From a virus (Duplodnaviria > Heunggongvirae > Uroviricota > Caudoviricetes): DNA of 17,426 nt. The first letter of the stretch is position 1. Every line of letters starts with the position of its first letter. The stretch lies in IMG/VR virus record IMGVR_UViG_3300000292_000062, one strand, 5' to 3'. The position numbers and the translations under genes were made by a program. Below, piece by piece: positions 8,131-16,642 of this stretch. Under the pieces are notes generated by a model that saw nothing but the letters and a program-made list of their open reading frames with translations, was not told the DNA's origin and ran no database searches.

Positions 8131-10089
8131 TTACGCCGTACATTTCACCAGACCGCGGTGATCAACTGGCGCGACACCGGCGTCAATACGCACTTTCGTT
8201 GTCACGCCATCCACACTGAAGCCCTCCATCTGATCAATATATGGCGTATCCACACCGTTGAGATAAGCCACTTCAATCGTATCGGAGCCTTTGGACGCAG
8301 CCAGGTAGAAAGTGGTCTGGCTGTTATCATCAAGACGAGGCTCTGCAATAACGGTCGCAAAATCTTTCACCGGGTTAATAATACCGGCGTTAATGTCAGC
8401 CCCCTTGACACTTGAGGAGCGAATGACCTGGTTAGCAACAGACTCCATCGCCGTCGGTACCAGTACGAACGCAGGACGAATATTCAGATGACGCTCCCCC
8501 TCTTTCTGAACGCGCATCAACTGGCGGGCTTTATCCAGCGATGCCACGTCCATTGCAGCGCTCTCCAGTACGTTTGCATGTTTCGCTTTATCGAACAGAC
8601 TTACATTATCTGTGGAGATTTTCGGGTTAGACGTCAGAATGGCATAAACCAGATCGGCAATAGTGGATTTCGCCGCACGGCCCAGTTTCATCGGGACATC
8701 GGTCAGCATATTCAGATCATCATTGATAATGGCCTGACGGGTGATACTGAACAGCTCGCCATAGGTCGCCAGTGCAATAGTGGCCTGTTTATCTCCGGTG
8801 GTGACGTATTTATATTCCGCCCCTTCACGCACCTTACGCAGAGCACTGAAGCCCCCCATACCCACACGATGGGCAATTTTAAAATCAGACAACTGACCTT
8901 TCCGCGTCCACTGTTCATAGGTTTCAGGGGCATCTTCCCAGCCCTGCAGAATGGCTTTGTTCGCAACATCCAGCAGAATATTACCGAAGTCAGACGTACT
9001 GTGTGTGAACGCCGCACCGACCATCTGCATCGGGTTATAACTGGAAACACCAATACCCCGTTCAGTCAGTGACATACGGGCATATTCACGCAGAGTCATC
9101 CCGTTGTAGACATTATCACGTTCGGTTTTTTCAAATCCGGCACGCGCCATCAGCGCCTGGCGGATCCCGTCCCCCACAAAATTACCGTTACCGGCATAAA
9201 TATGAGCCGGGGTATTTTTATTGGATGGCGTGGACTCGCGCCCCATCTCGTTCAACAGCTTTTCGCGGGCCTGCTCCAGCGAACATTCAGGATCGGCAAG
9301 GCACTGAGCCTGCAGCGTCTGATAACGCCCGCCAAACATGGCAAACAGATCATTAATACCGTTTACACGCGCTTTTTGCTCTGCCAGTACCTGCGCACGG
9401 ATACTGTTTTCATCCAGCACGGGTGCTGCTGCCTGCACTGGCGTCCGGGAGGCTGCAGGTTCATTATCCTGTACGCGTGGAGCACTGTTACGTGGCGGAG
9501 TAATCATGTTTCGAATGGATTCCGGCATCTTTTTAAATTCCTCTGTACGTTTTGACTGAATACATGCCATTGCCTTAACGGCTGGCGTCACCTGATCAGC
9601 AAATCCCTGTGCCAGACATTCGGCACCGGACATCCAGGTCTCATCCGCCAGCATGGCAGCAATTTCATCGGTGGTTTTCCCGGTTTTCTGTGCATAAGCG
9701 GGTAACAGAACCGCCTCAACTTTATCGAGCAGGTCGGCATAGGTGCGCATGTCCTCCGCATCACCGCCCGTAAAGCCAAATGGTTTATGAATCATCATGA
9801 AGGTGTTTTCCGGCATAATGACCGGGTTTCCCACCATCGCAATGACCGACGCCATTGACGCCGCCACACCGTCGACATAAACGGTAATGGACGCACCATG
9901 TGTTTTCAGTGCATTAAAAATGGCGATGCCTTCAAAGACATCGCCACCCGGTGAATTGATATGGAGATTAATGTGGGTGATATCGCCCAGTGCATTCAGA
10001 TCACTGATAAACTGCTTCGCCGTAACACCCCAGAAACCAATCTCGTCATAAATATAAATATCCGCATCACTCTGGTGACCAGCCTGCAT
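8131..10089 (-). CDS. Prohead protease (ClpP/S14-like) - scaffold - major capsid protein fusion
   Basis: N-terminal part (IYIYDEIGFWGV...INSPGGDVFEGIAIFNALK...VDGVAASMASVIAMVG...MMIHKP) has ClpP-like serine protease motifs; a Gln/Ala-rich linker follows; the C-terminal ~300 aa is capsid-like. Start taken at MQAGHQSD (ATG 10087-10089) because the ORF-track N-terminus overlaps the portal gene. Confidence 0.75.
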   Translation of the reverse strand: MQAGHQSDADIYIYDEIGFWGVTAKQFISDLNALGDITHINLHINSPGGDVFEGIAIFNALKTHGASITVYVDGVAASMASVIAMVGNPVIMPENTFMMIHKPFGFTGGDAEDMRTYADLLDKVEAVLLPAYAQKTGKTTDEIAAMLADETWMSGAECLAQGFADQVTPAVKAMACIQSKRTEEFKKMPESIRNMITPPRNSAPRVQDNEPAASRTPVQAAAPVLDENSIRAQVLAEQKARVNGINDLFAMFGGRYQTLQAQCLADPECSLEQAREKLLNEMGRESTPSNKNTPAHIYAGNGNFVGDGIRQALMARAGFEKTERDNVYNGMTLREYARMSLTERGIGVSSYNPMQMVGAAFTHSTSDFGNILLDVANKAILQGWEDAPETYEQWTRKGQLSDFKIAHRVGMGGFSALRKVREGAEYKYVTTGDKQATIALATYGELFSITRQAIINDDLNMLTDVPMKLGRAAKSTIADLVYAILTSNPKISTDNVSLFDKAKHANVLESAAMDVASLDKARQLMRVQKEGERHLNIRPAFVLVPTAMESVANQVIRSSSVKGADINAGIINPVKDFATVIAEPRLDDNSQTTFYLAASKGSDTIEVAYLNGVDTPYIDQMEGFSVDGVTTKVRIDAGVAPVDHRGLVKCTA

Positions 10090-10102
10090 CCTGAACCAGG
10101 AA

Positions 10103-11611
10103 TTATTCTTCGGACTGGTTGTTGGTGTGCTGCGGCTCCTGTCGTTTCGTTGCGGCACTGCTGCCTCCTTTATCACTGGCCGGATCGGTATCAAATACCA
10201 GATCCAGCTTGCGGTTTTCATCAATTTCGGCCTTGCGCCGACGTTTGACATCATCCGGATTACGACCACCAGCACGTACCCAGTCTGATTCTGTCGCCGC
10301 TCCACCACGAATCTGGATTTTCCAGGCCTCAGCCTCCTTAACAGGGTCAATCCACGGCATCACCGGTCCGGAATACACCGCGGTATACAGTGAAGAACGG
10401 TCAAGATCGCGGGGTAGCCTGATAACACCGGATGCCACAGCCTGTTTCAGCCAGGCACGGTACATCGGGCGGGTGACGGCACCAATAAACCAGTCCTGCA
10501 GGATCAGGTAGCCATCAGTGGATTCAACCAGCTCCTGACGCTGGGCGCTGTAAGTGCCGTTATAGTTGCGCGCTGTACTGGAAAAACTCAGACGACTGCC
10601 AGCCGCCACGGCACGCAACTGACCATTACGAAAAGTTTCAAGGTTAGGATTGGGACGATCCGACTTCACCATTCCGATTTCTTCGCCGGGTTTCAGATCG
10701 TCGTAAATAATGCCTGGCTGAATGGTAAGCTCGCGTTCATTCTCCTTGCTGTCATTACCATCCGTTTCATAGCTCTGTCCGTCGCCTTTCCGGATGTACA
10801 TCCCCAGAGCAGCGGCGATCCTTGCTGCAGTCAGCTCAGAATCTTCATACTCTTTCAGGGCGCTGAGGCGGATCAGCACACCGGACAATAAAGACGTCCC
10901 GCGCATCTGGTGCAGACGGCGAACAAATTTAAGATGCAGCATTCGCTCTGCATCCACTTCTTTGGTTTCCATCTGCCGTCCGGATACAGGACGACTTTTA
11001 TACACCAGATATTTTTCGGGACGCCCCCAGTCATCAACAAACACGCCCTGATTCAGCCTGTTGCTCTCATCACTGGTCATGGGAATAAAGTCCGGCTCGA
11101 GCGCCTCCAGCCAGAAATGAACACCGGCAGAAGGCGTCAGGCTGTTTATGCGCCCGGAAACCATCTGGGCAAACACCTCACCATCGCGCAGCCAGGTACG
11201 CAGCATCAGACGTTCCAGCATCGGACGGGTAAACTGCCCGGTGACTTCCGGACTGACAGACCATTCACTCCATCGGGTACGTATCTCCGCTGCCAGGTCA
11301 CGGGCAATGGCACCATTGCGTAATACCGGATGTGGCTCGACAATAATCCCGTTTTTCCCCACCACCCGTTCTTCCAGCTTGTCAAATACACCAATGACCA
11401 GATCGTGGTTGTTATCAAGGTAACGGGCCTGCTCACGTAACGACACGGCCCCGTACTGGCTTAACTGGTCGGCAGTTCGGTTCTCCCGTCGGGCTTTGTG
11501 TGTCCGCGTCGTTTTTACGGCCTCATAAGCTTGGATCACCGCTCGGGAACGCAGCCTTGCCGCTTTCCATCCTGGTGAAAAAACGCCAATCACATCATCA
11601 AGAATTGCCAT
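10103..11611 (-). CDS. Portal protein (lambda gpB-like)
   Basis: About 502 aa directly downstream of terminase and the W-like gene. Start MAILDDVIGV... at ATG 11609-11611 overlaps the W stop (TGATG); the longer ORF-track N-terminus is rejected. Confidence 0.8.
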   Translation of the reverse strand: MAILDDVIGVFSPGWKAARLRSRAVIQAYEAVKTTRTHKARRENRTADQLSQYGAVSLREQARYLDNNHDLVIGVFDKLEERVVGKNGIIVEPHPVLRNGAIARDLAAEIRTRWSEWSVSPEVTGQFTRPMLERLMLRTWLRDGEVFAQMVSGRINSLTPSAGVHFWLEALEPDFIPMTSDESNRLNQGVFVDDWGRPEKYLVYKSRPVSGRQMETKEVDAERMLHLKFVRRLHQMRGTSLLSGVLIRLSALKEYEDSELTAARIAAALGMYIRKGDGQSYETDGNDSKENERELTIQPGIIYDDLKPGEEIGMVKSDRPNPNLETFRNGQLRAVAAGSRLSFSSTARNYNGTYSAQRQELVESTDGYLILQDWFIGAVTRPMYRAWLKQAVASGVIRLPRDLDRSSLYTAVYSGPVMPWIDPVKEAEAWKIQIRGGAATESDWVRAGGRNPDDVKRRRKAEIDENRKLDLVFDTDPASDKGGSSAATKRQEPQHTNNQSEE

Positions 11612-11823
11612 CAGAACCTCGCCAGCCGGTACCCGGGATGCCCCCGTCGTCGTGTAATCAGAGCCGCAAGGCGGCGCTCCCACTCCTGCCGCCCCTGCCG
11701 GATCTCAGATAAGTTTTCCATGGTCATCTGCTGACCATTAAAAGTGACGGATTTTCCGTCCAGCACTGCCATTTCAGCTTCCGTATAACGCTGAATCATG
11801 GCTTCAATATCATTCTGATTCAT
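11611..11823 (-). CDS. W: Head-tail joining protein (gpW-like)
   Basis: About 70 aa between large terminase and portal, as lambda W. C-terminal RRRGHPGY resembles lambda gpW ...QRRRGPAGF. ATG overlaps the TerL stop (ATGA). Confidence 0.65.
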   Translation of the reverse strand: MNQNDIEAMIQRYTEAEMAVLDGKSVTFNGQQMTMENLSEIRQGRQEWERRLAALITRRRGHPGYRLARF

Positions 11824-13922
11824 AACCATCCTCCGGAAGTCAGCCAGGGGTTAACATCGTCAGTTACTGTTTTCTTCCGTTTTTGTTTTTTAACAGGCGT
11901 GGATACCGGTTCCGGTGTGGGTGACGGTTCGGTACTGTCCGGGACACACTCCAGCCAGGTTTCCCGGCTCGCCCACTCCGGTGCATCCGGCCAGCGGATC
12001 TTTTCGTATCCATGCAGAATGACCAGAGCCTCGGCATACACCATCAGGTCAAAAGCTTCGTTGGCACCGCGACCCGGCTTACTCCATTTCCCGTCACTGC
12101 TCCGCTCTTCATACGTCAGTTCGTCGTAAAACCAGCTCCCCAGCCAGTCAGGGAAATGCACATAGCCGGGACCTGGCGAGTCACGCCATAACGCGTTATT
12201 CACCCGGTCTTTCAGGGCATCCGTCTGAAGAAGCCAGAGCGGTACATCACCTGCGGCCTGCGCCCGTCGGCCCGTTCGTCCGGTGTTATCAGGGAATGTA
12301 CGGGTGATCAGTTTTGCGCGCCGGATGCTGTCGCCCTTAAACAGGTAAATACGTTTACCAAGGCCATCACGACGGCAACGACGCCAGAATTTATAGGCAT
12401 TATCAGTGACCCCGTCTTCACCGCCGGAGTCCACCGCCATTGCCATCAGTCGCATTTGTTGAGAAGGATCGGAGGCCAGCGGCCAGCTTTTATGAAAAAC
12501 ATCCGTCAGCAGGACATCCCAGTCTTCCGGATAGCTGGCCGGATCAATTCGCTGGCTCTCCCCGTCGCTGTCACCGCGCAATGACTGCGTGATGTTGTAA
12601 CGATCAATAATCCAGCGTTCGCCACGGCTGCCATAGCCCGTTACCTGAACCACAAAACGGCGATGAAGTCCCGCCTGCACATCCACTGTCGCCACAAGGA
12701 AATTAACGCCATCCGGAACACTGCGGGAAGGAACTGGCTCTGCCCGCTGCTCAAGCAATTCACTTTTTCGTTGCTCCATGCTGGCGCGGGGAAGATAAGG
12801 TAATCCCCAGTCTGTATTGATAACCGTCTTGAGTGTCTCTTCACTTCCGGTTGTCTCGTATTCCTGTTCTGCAGTAAGCAGTTTGTAAACGAGTTGCGAG
12901 AGTGTCTGATAAGCAGCTGCCGGCCCCTCCATCCAGAATGACGCAATACGTGAACGCCGGGGATCACCATAACGACTGCCATCTGCATTGATGGATTCAC
13001 CATCCCGTAACCAGACCCCACGTCCGTTCAGCTCGCGTTTTTGTTCAGGCAAAATCCGTCCTGAACAGGAAGGACACTGAATATAAGCCGCCTCACTTGC
13101 CAGCACAGGATCGGCAATATCACGGAAACCAGCAACCACATCGCCGCAGGGCTGAAAATACTCACCACAGTGTGGACAGGGCCAGTACCAGCGACGGCGA
13201 TCGCCACGGTTATAGAGCGACAGGATCCCCGTGGTTGGTGGAGCCTCATGCGGTGAAGTCCGTCGCCATTTCACATCCTTCACATCCCTGCCGGGGGAAC
13301 TCTCCACCAGCGTCATACCACTGGACATAAATGTGGTGGTACGTTTTGAGGCAAGAGAGAAGGCATCCCCCTCACCATCAATATCTTCCGGAAAACGGTC
13401 ATAATCCGTCAGCGCCACGCATTTATAATCTGATGAAGACATGATATTGACTGACGGCCAGCCGATTTTCAGGTAGTTGCCAGCAAGGAATGTTCTGTCA
13501 TAAACGTTGTTGTCATTTTTGTTCGGACTCAGGCGACTGACCACTTCCGGGCTGACGCGAAACGTTCTGGCGAGTCGTTTTTTGGAGTGTTCGCGGGCTT
13601 TTTCCTCCGTCATCTGAATGATCAGCATATCAGCAGGATCGCAAATCACGTTGTAAATCACCCAGCCGTCAATCAGGCCGATAGTCTTGCCGGTTCGTGC
13701 CGGGCCAACAAATATCACTGCGTCGTATTCACGCGAGGCCAGGCAGTTCATAGGCTCAATAACATACGGTGCCACCAGCGGATCCCACGGGACTGAGTTC
13801 CCTGCCCCCATGGGCACCCGCATATACTGAGCAACGGCATCAGCAACCCGCATTCGTCTCGGTGCGCGAAGGATATAACCTGAATCGGTTCGTGCTGCCT
13901 TTGCGGTTTCCTGATTCAGCAT
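11820..13922 (-). CDS. Terminase large subunit (gpA family)
   Basis: 700 aa; Walker A-like GPARTGKT near the N-terminus; WPCPHCGEY resembles the lambda gpA ACPHCGEE zinc-ribbon-like motif. Coupled to TerS upstream and W downstream. Confidence 0.85.
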   Translation of the reverse strand: MLNQETAKAARTDSGYILRAPRRMRVADAVAQYMRVPMGAGNSVPWDPLVAPYVIEPMNCLASREYDAVIFVGPARTGKTIGLIDGWVIYNVICDPADMLIIQMTEEKAREHSKKRLARTFRVSPEVVSRLSPNKNDNNVYDRTFLAGNYLKIGWPSVNIMSSSDYKCVALTDYDRFPEDIDGEGDAFSLASKRTTTFMSSGMTLVESSPGRDVKDVKWRRTSPHEAPPTTGILSLYNRGDRRRWYWPCPHCGEYFQPCGDVVAGFRDIADPVLASEAAYIQCPSCSGRILPEQKRELNGRGVWLRDGESINADGSRYGDPRRSRIASFWMEGPAAAYQTLSQLVYKLLTAEQEYETTGSEETLKTVINTDWGLPYLPRASMEQRKSELLEQRAEPVPSRSVPDGVNFLVATVDVQAGLHRRFVVQVTGYGSRGERWIIDRYNITQSLRGDSDGESQRIDPASYPEDWDVLLTDVFHKSWPLASDPSQQMRLMAMAVDSGGEDGVTDNAYKFWRRCRRDGLGKRIYLFKGDSIRRAKLITRTFPDNTGRTGRRAQAAGDVPLWLLQTDALKDRVNNALWRDSPGPGYVHFPDWLGSWFYDELTYEERSSDGKWSKPGRGANEAFDLMVYAEALVILHGYEKIRWPDAPEWASRETWLECVPDSTEPSPTPEPVSTPVKKQKRKKTVTDDVNPWLTSGGWL

Positions 13923-14413
13923 TACTCCTCCTGCTGTAATTCCTCCTCATCATCCGCACCTGCTTCGGTCACCCGCAGGGCTATCTGATCGCGCAGATCA
14001 TCAATAATGGACTGAACACGGCTCACAGCGGCAGGCTGCAGGCCGCAGTCACGTTCCAGAATATCCGGTAATGTCTCCAGCACCTGCACGACCGCTTTTG
14101 CCCAGATGGCAAACTCCCGTCTGACATCACTGGCCGGAATGAGTTGTGCCGTTTCCTGTTCGAACTTAAGACGCTCACGTTCAGACTGATACCAGGCTTT
14201 GCGTTCATGTGGATCCATTTCGCCCTCAGCAACCGGCGGTGGTAACCCCATAAATTCAGTCAGAATATCGGTCAACCGGTATAGCTTGAGTTTGTCATGT
14301 CCACCAGCGGGACGAATGTTTTTCAGTCTTGCCACGACAGTCTGGCGGTGCAGACCAGATAAAGCCGCCAGTTGATTAATATTCAGCACCAGGTTTTTCA
14401 ACTCATGATCCAT
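13922..14413 (-). CDS. Terminase small subunit (Nu1-like, N-terminal winged HTH)
   Basis: 163 aa. N-terminus INQLAALSGLHRQTVVARLKNIRPAG is HTH-like, comparable to lambda Nu1 KKQLADIFGASIRTIQNWQEQGMPV; acidic C-terminus. Sits directly upstream of TerL with a 1-nt overlap; GGAGG RBS 5 nt before the ATG at 14411-14413. Confidence 0.75.
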   Translation of the reverse strand: MDHELKNLVLNINQLAALSGLHRQTVVARLKNIRPAGGHDKLKLYRLTDILTEFMGLPPPVAEGEMDPHERKAWYQSERERLKFEQETAQLIPASDVRREFAIWAKAVVQVLETLPDILERDCGLQPAAVSRVQSIIDDLRDQIALRVTEAGADDEEELQQEE

Positions 14414-14465
14414 ATATCCTCCGGAGAGCTTTAAACATGCATCGTGCGAACAACTTTAAGAAAAC

Positions 14466-14502
14466 GCGTTCGATGTCGAACAAAAAACACTCAATTCGAC
14501 AT
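14466..14502. promoter_or_regulatory. Dyad-symmetric repeats in the terminase leader, candidate small-terminase binding sites (cosB-like)
   Basis: GTTCGATGTCGAAC (14468-14481) is a palindrome; ATGTCGAA (14473-14480) and TTCGACAT (14495-14502) form an inverted repeat with a 14-nt A-rich spacer. CGAACA recurs at 14447 and 14477. Located between the putative cosN and the TerS start, where lambda cosB lies. Confidence 0.35.
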
Positions 14503-14582
14503 ACAAAAAACAAACAACCATTAATAATCAATAAGATGCAAAGATGATGGTGGCCGATAAAAATGCAAAAACTAGCCTTTTT

Positions 14583-14602
14583 CCGCGACGCTCCCGCCCC
14601 GT
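14583..14602 (-). other. Putative cohesive-end site (cosN-like)
   Basis: Minus strand reads GGGGCGGGAGCGTCGCGGAAAAAGG, against the lambda left end GGGCGGCGACCTCGCGGGTTTTCGC as recalled. Lies about 170-190 nt upstream of the small terminase start, as cosN does relative to Nu1. Confidence 0.4.
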
Positions 14603-14701
14603 GGCAGGGCCCCCCACAGGGAGGACCCGACAGCCTGACAACCGTGACGAGCATCTGAAACAGAGCTTTACATAATGGCGTGGGGATAATTCAGAAGGAC
14701 A

Positions 14702-14932
14702 TCACAGCATGCCCACACAAATTAGTGTGAGTGTCCTGTTTCTTCCACCCCCGCACAGGACTGGCGAGCATGAGGGACAACCCCGCGAACCATAACCGCG
14801 CTGATGACAGGACTGGCCCGGCTTGTATTGCTTCCAGCCTTCGCTTTTGTGGCTTTTGCAATAGCCTGACGGATCTGTGGTGGTATTGCGGTAGCCGCGA
14901 ACACGGCAGGTTTTTGGGGTTCGTGGGGGCAT
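14702..14932 (-). CDS. Hypothetical small Cys-rich protein (76 aa), uncertain
   Basis: ATG at 14930-14932 preceded by GGAG at 5-nt spacing. Translation MPPRTPKTCRVRGYRNTTTDPSGYCKSHKSEGWKQYKPGQSCHQRGYGSRGCPSCSPVLCGGG... has 7 Cys. It lies in a GC-rich island where three frames are open, so it could be spurious. Confidence 0.25.
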   Translation of the reverse strand: MPPRTPKTCRVRGYRNTTTDPSGYCKSHKSEGWKQYKPGQSCHQRGYGSRGCPSCSPVLCGGGRNRTLTLICVGML

Positions 14933-15154
14933 ATGTACTCCAATGAAGAAGCCACCAACATAGCCTCCTCCATTCATCGTGAAACTATTTTCATCTACCC
15001 AGTAATGAATTCTTTGAAGAGTTGTGATCAATACAACTCGCTAATGGAGAGGCTTGTCTCACACGTGAGACAAGCTTCCTGTTTGATTTACTGGACAGTA
15101 TAGGAGGACAGAATGCCTTCCTCACTCGAATAACATCAATTAAGGAGGTTCAAC

Positions 15155-15277
15155 ATGTTTCATTCCACAAGTCATCAGGCTGTAATTATGGCAGCATCAG
15201 TTTGTGCCACAGACCTTTTCCGCTTCACTTTGAGCCTGATTCATTTCTACCTGACCGGCTCGCCTCTATCTTTCTAA
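15155..15277 (+). CDS. Hypothetical 40-aa peptide with a strong RBS, uncertain
   Basis: TAAGGAGGT at 15141-15149, 5 nt before the ATG at 15155. Translation MFHSTSHQAVIMAASVCATDLFRFTLSLIHFYLTGSPLSF is moderately hydrophobic. It is on the strand opposite the lysis genes, as bor is in lambda. Confidence 0.25.
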   Translation: MFHSTSHQAVIMAASVCATDLFRFTLSLIHFYLTGSPLSF

Positions 15278-15398
15278 TCCCCGATTAATCCAAATTTCAC
15301 TGCCATAATGCCGACATTCTCTGCCATTGTTGGCTCCGTTTATCCGTTAAAAGGGATATCAGTTAAGTTATCCCGTGCAGGGTATAAGCCATTATCAA

Positions 15399-15458
15399 AG
15401 CCACTCTGTAGGGAGTGGCTTTTGTAATGGCAATAAAAAGCCCCGCGAATGCGAGGCT
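15399..15458. terminator. Pair of adjacent hairpins, candidate bidirectional terminator between the lysis operon and the accessory region
   Basis: 15399-15420 is a perfect 8-bp stem AGCCACTC/GAGTGGCT with a 6-nt loop, followed by TTTGT on the plus strand. 15439-15458 forms a 7-bp stem with one mismatch, followed on the minus strand by TTTTTATTG, about 200 nt downstream of Rz. Confidence 0.45.
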
Positions 15459-15637
15459 AAATCCTGGTATTTGTAATGACTGGCTCTTATCTCAACGCAG
15501 CCCCTTACCGCGCGCAAGATGCTCAATATCAAGCATCAGCAATGAGATGTTTAATCTGGATTCACTCCAGAAGTGATCACCATCCTGTCTACAGAGCCAG
15601 ATGTGAAGGATGATGAGTAAAATTATCGCTATCATCG

Positions 15638-15721
15638 NNNNNNNNNNNNNNNNNNNNNNNNNNNNNNNNNNNNNNNNNNNNNNNNNNNNNNNNNNNNNNN
15701 NNNNNNNNNNNNNNNNNNNNN
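15638..15721. other. Assembly gap or masked bases (84 N) covering the 3' ends of Rz and Rz1
   Basis: Run of N seen directly. Confidence 0.95.
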
Positions 15722-16112
15722 TACCGAGAACGTTTCGTCCAGCAACTGGAGAGAGTTCGACGGTGGCATCATTGCCCATGCCGGAGGCGCTGGAGGTTTC
15801 GGCTGAGGATGGCACAGGGCATTTTCCTTTGACGAACACCCGACCACCATTATCAAGCTTGCGCCGAAGAGCATCATTTTTAGCTTTCGCATCAGCTAAC
15901 TCCTTCGTGTATTTAGCATCGAGTGCATCAGCAGCACGCTGGCGCTGCTGCATGTCAGTAATGGTGGCGGTCGCCTGCTTCAGCTCACTGACTTTTTTAT
16001 CACGCTGTTCTTTATAGGCGATGGCGTTATCACGGTAATGATTGACCGCCCACGACAGGCAGACGATGATGCAGATAACCAGAGCATAAATAATCGCGGC
16101 GACTCTGCTCAC
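15638..16112 (-). CDS. Rz: Spanin inner-membrane subunit Rz (i-spanin); 3' end lies within the N run
   Basis: Translation [39 protein letters not shown]...[19 protein letters not shown] is near-identical to lambda Rz as recalled. Probable GTG start at 16110-16112 overlaps the R stop (GTGA), replacing lambda's ATG. The ORF-track extension to 15492 beyond the gap is rejected. Confidence 0.85.
15722..15892 (-). CDS. Rz1: Spanin outer-membrane lipoprotein Rz1 (o-spanin), embedded in Rz in the +1 frame; 3' end in the N run
   Basis: [44 protein letters not shown]... has a lipobox (VVGC) and a proline-rich core like lambda Rz1 (MLKLKMML...VVGCTSK...KPPPPPAW). ATG at 15890-15892. Confidence 0.75.
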
Positions 16113-16642
16113 TGATCTATCCCCCAACAGGCTAATGCGCTTTCCTGGTCACGACGAATAACTTGCCCATAGCAGTTATTTGAACGTATGCGGCAATCGC
16201 GCCCACCATCTTTTATCCACCAACGAATCGCCTCACATGCACCCTTACGATCACCGGCATTCAGCCGCTTATAAAACGTCGACGGGAAACACTTACCAGG
16301 GCCAATGTTATAGGGACAGAATGACGCGATACCGGCTTTCTGTGGCTCGGTCAGTGGAACTTTTATATTGCGCTCCACCCATGCCAGCGCCTTATCCCGC
16401 TCAATGGCGTTAACCTGGGCGCATTTTTCCTTCGACAGTTTCATTCCCGGAATAACAGGTTTACCGTCCACCATCGTTGCTCCCCGACAGATGGTCCATA
16501 TGCCGGAGCCATCGCGGTATGCAGTGGTGTGATTCCCCTCTTTTTCATCCAGAAACTGATCGAGAATGTCAGGGGCAGGAGCACTGGCGGCAATCAGTGC
16601 CAGAACAGCAGCCGACAGGCTGTATCTGATTTTTACGTTCAT
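16109..16642 (-). CDS. R: Phage endolysin, lysozyme type (T4-lysozyme-like), with a hydrophobic N-terminal signal or SAR segment
   Basis: 177 aa; [56 protein letters not shown]... closely resembles the 177-aa lysozymes of lambdoid prophages (E. coli Qin RrrQ and Stx-phage R, as recalled). Immediately upstream of Rz. Confidence 0.9.
   Translation of the reverse strand: MNVKIRYSLSAAVLALIAASAPAPDILDQFLDEKEGNHTTAYRDGSGIWTICRGATMVDGKPVIPGMKLSKEKCAQVNAIERDKALAWVERNIKVPLTEPQKAGIASFCPYNIGPGKCFPSTFYKRLNAGDRKGACEAIRWWIKDGGRDCRIRSNNCYGQVIRRDQESALACWGIDQ

Noticed and set aside
10103-11683. Longer N-terminal extensions of the portal (start 11683) and of the protease-capsid fusion (start 10350)
   Set aside because: The extensions would overlap the upstream genes by 70-260 nt. 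Internal ATGs at 11611 and 10089 restore the tight coupling typical of phage head operons.
14461-14482. tRNA-like T-loop motif (GCGTTCGATGTCG)
   Set aside because: No acceptor stem, anticodon arm or D-arm can be built around it; it is better explained as part of the palindromic cosB-like repeats. No tRNA, rRNA or CRISPR repeats were found anywhere in the window.
14722-14973. Alternative overlapping ORFs in the GC-rich island (minus 14722-14973, plus 14731-14946, plus ~14933-15103)
   Set aside because: Three frames are open at once in this short GC-rich segment. Only the minus-strand Cys-rich frame has a reasonable RBS, and even that is reported at low confidence.
15610-16017. Plus-strand ORF 15610-16017 running through the N gap antisense to Rz/Rz1
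   Set aside because: Downstream of the gap it is entirely antisense to the conserved Rz/Rz1 coding sequence. Only the first 9 codons before the gap are possibly meaningful, noted as a caveat in findings.
15492-16127. ORF-track version of Rz as a 211-aa protein from a TTG at 16127 continuing through the N run to 15492
   Set aside because: Lambda Rz is about 153 aa, so the gene must end inside the N run. The stretch after the gap (MIAIILLIILHIWLCRQDG...) is fortuitous read-through. The start is more likely the GTG at 16110-16112 that aligns with lambda MSRV.
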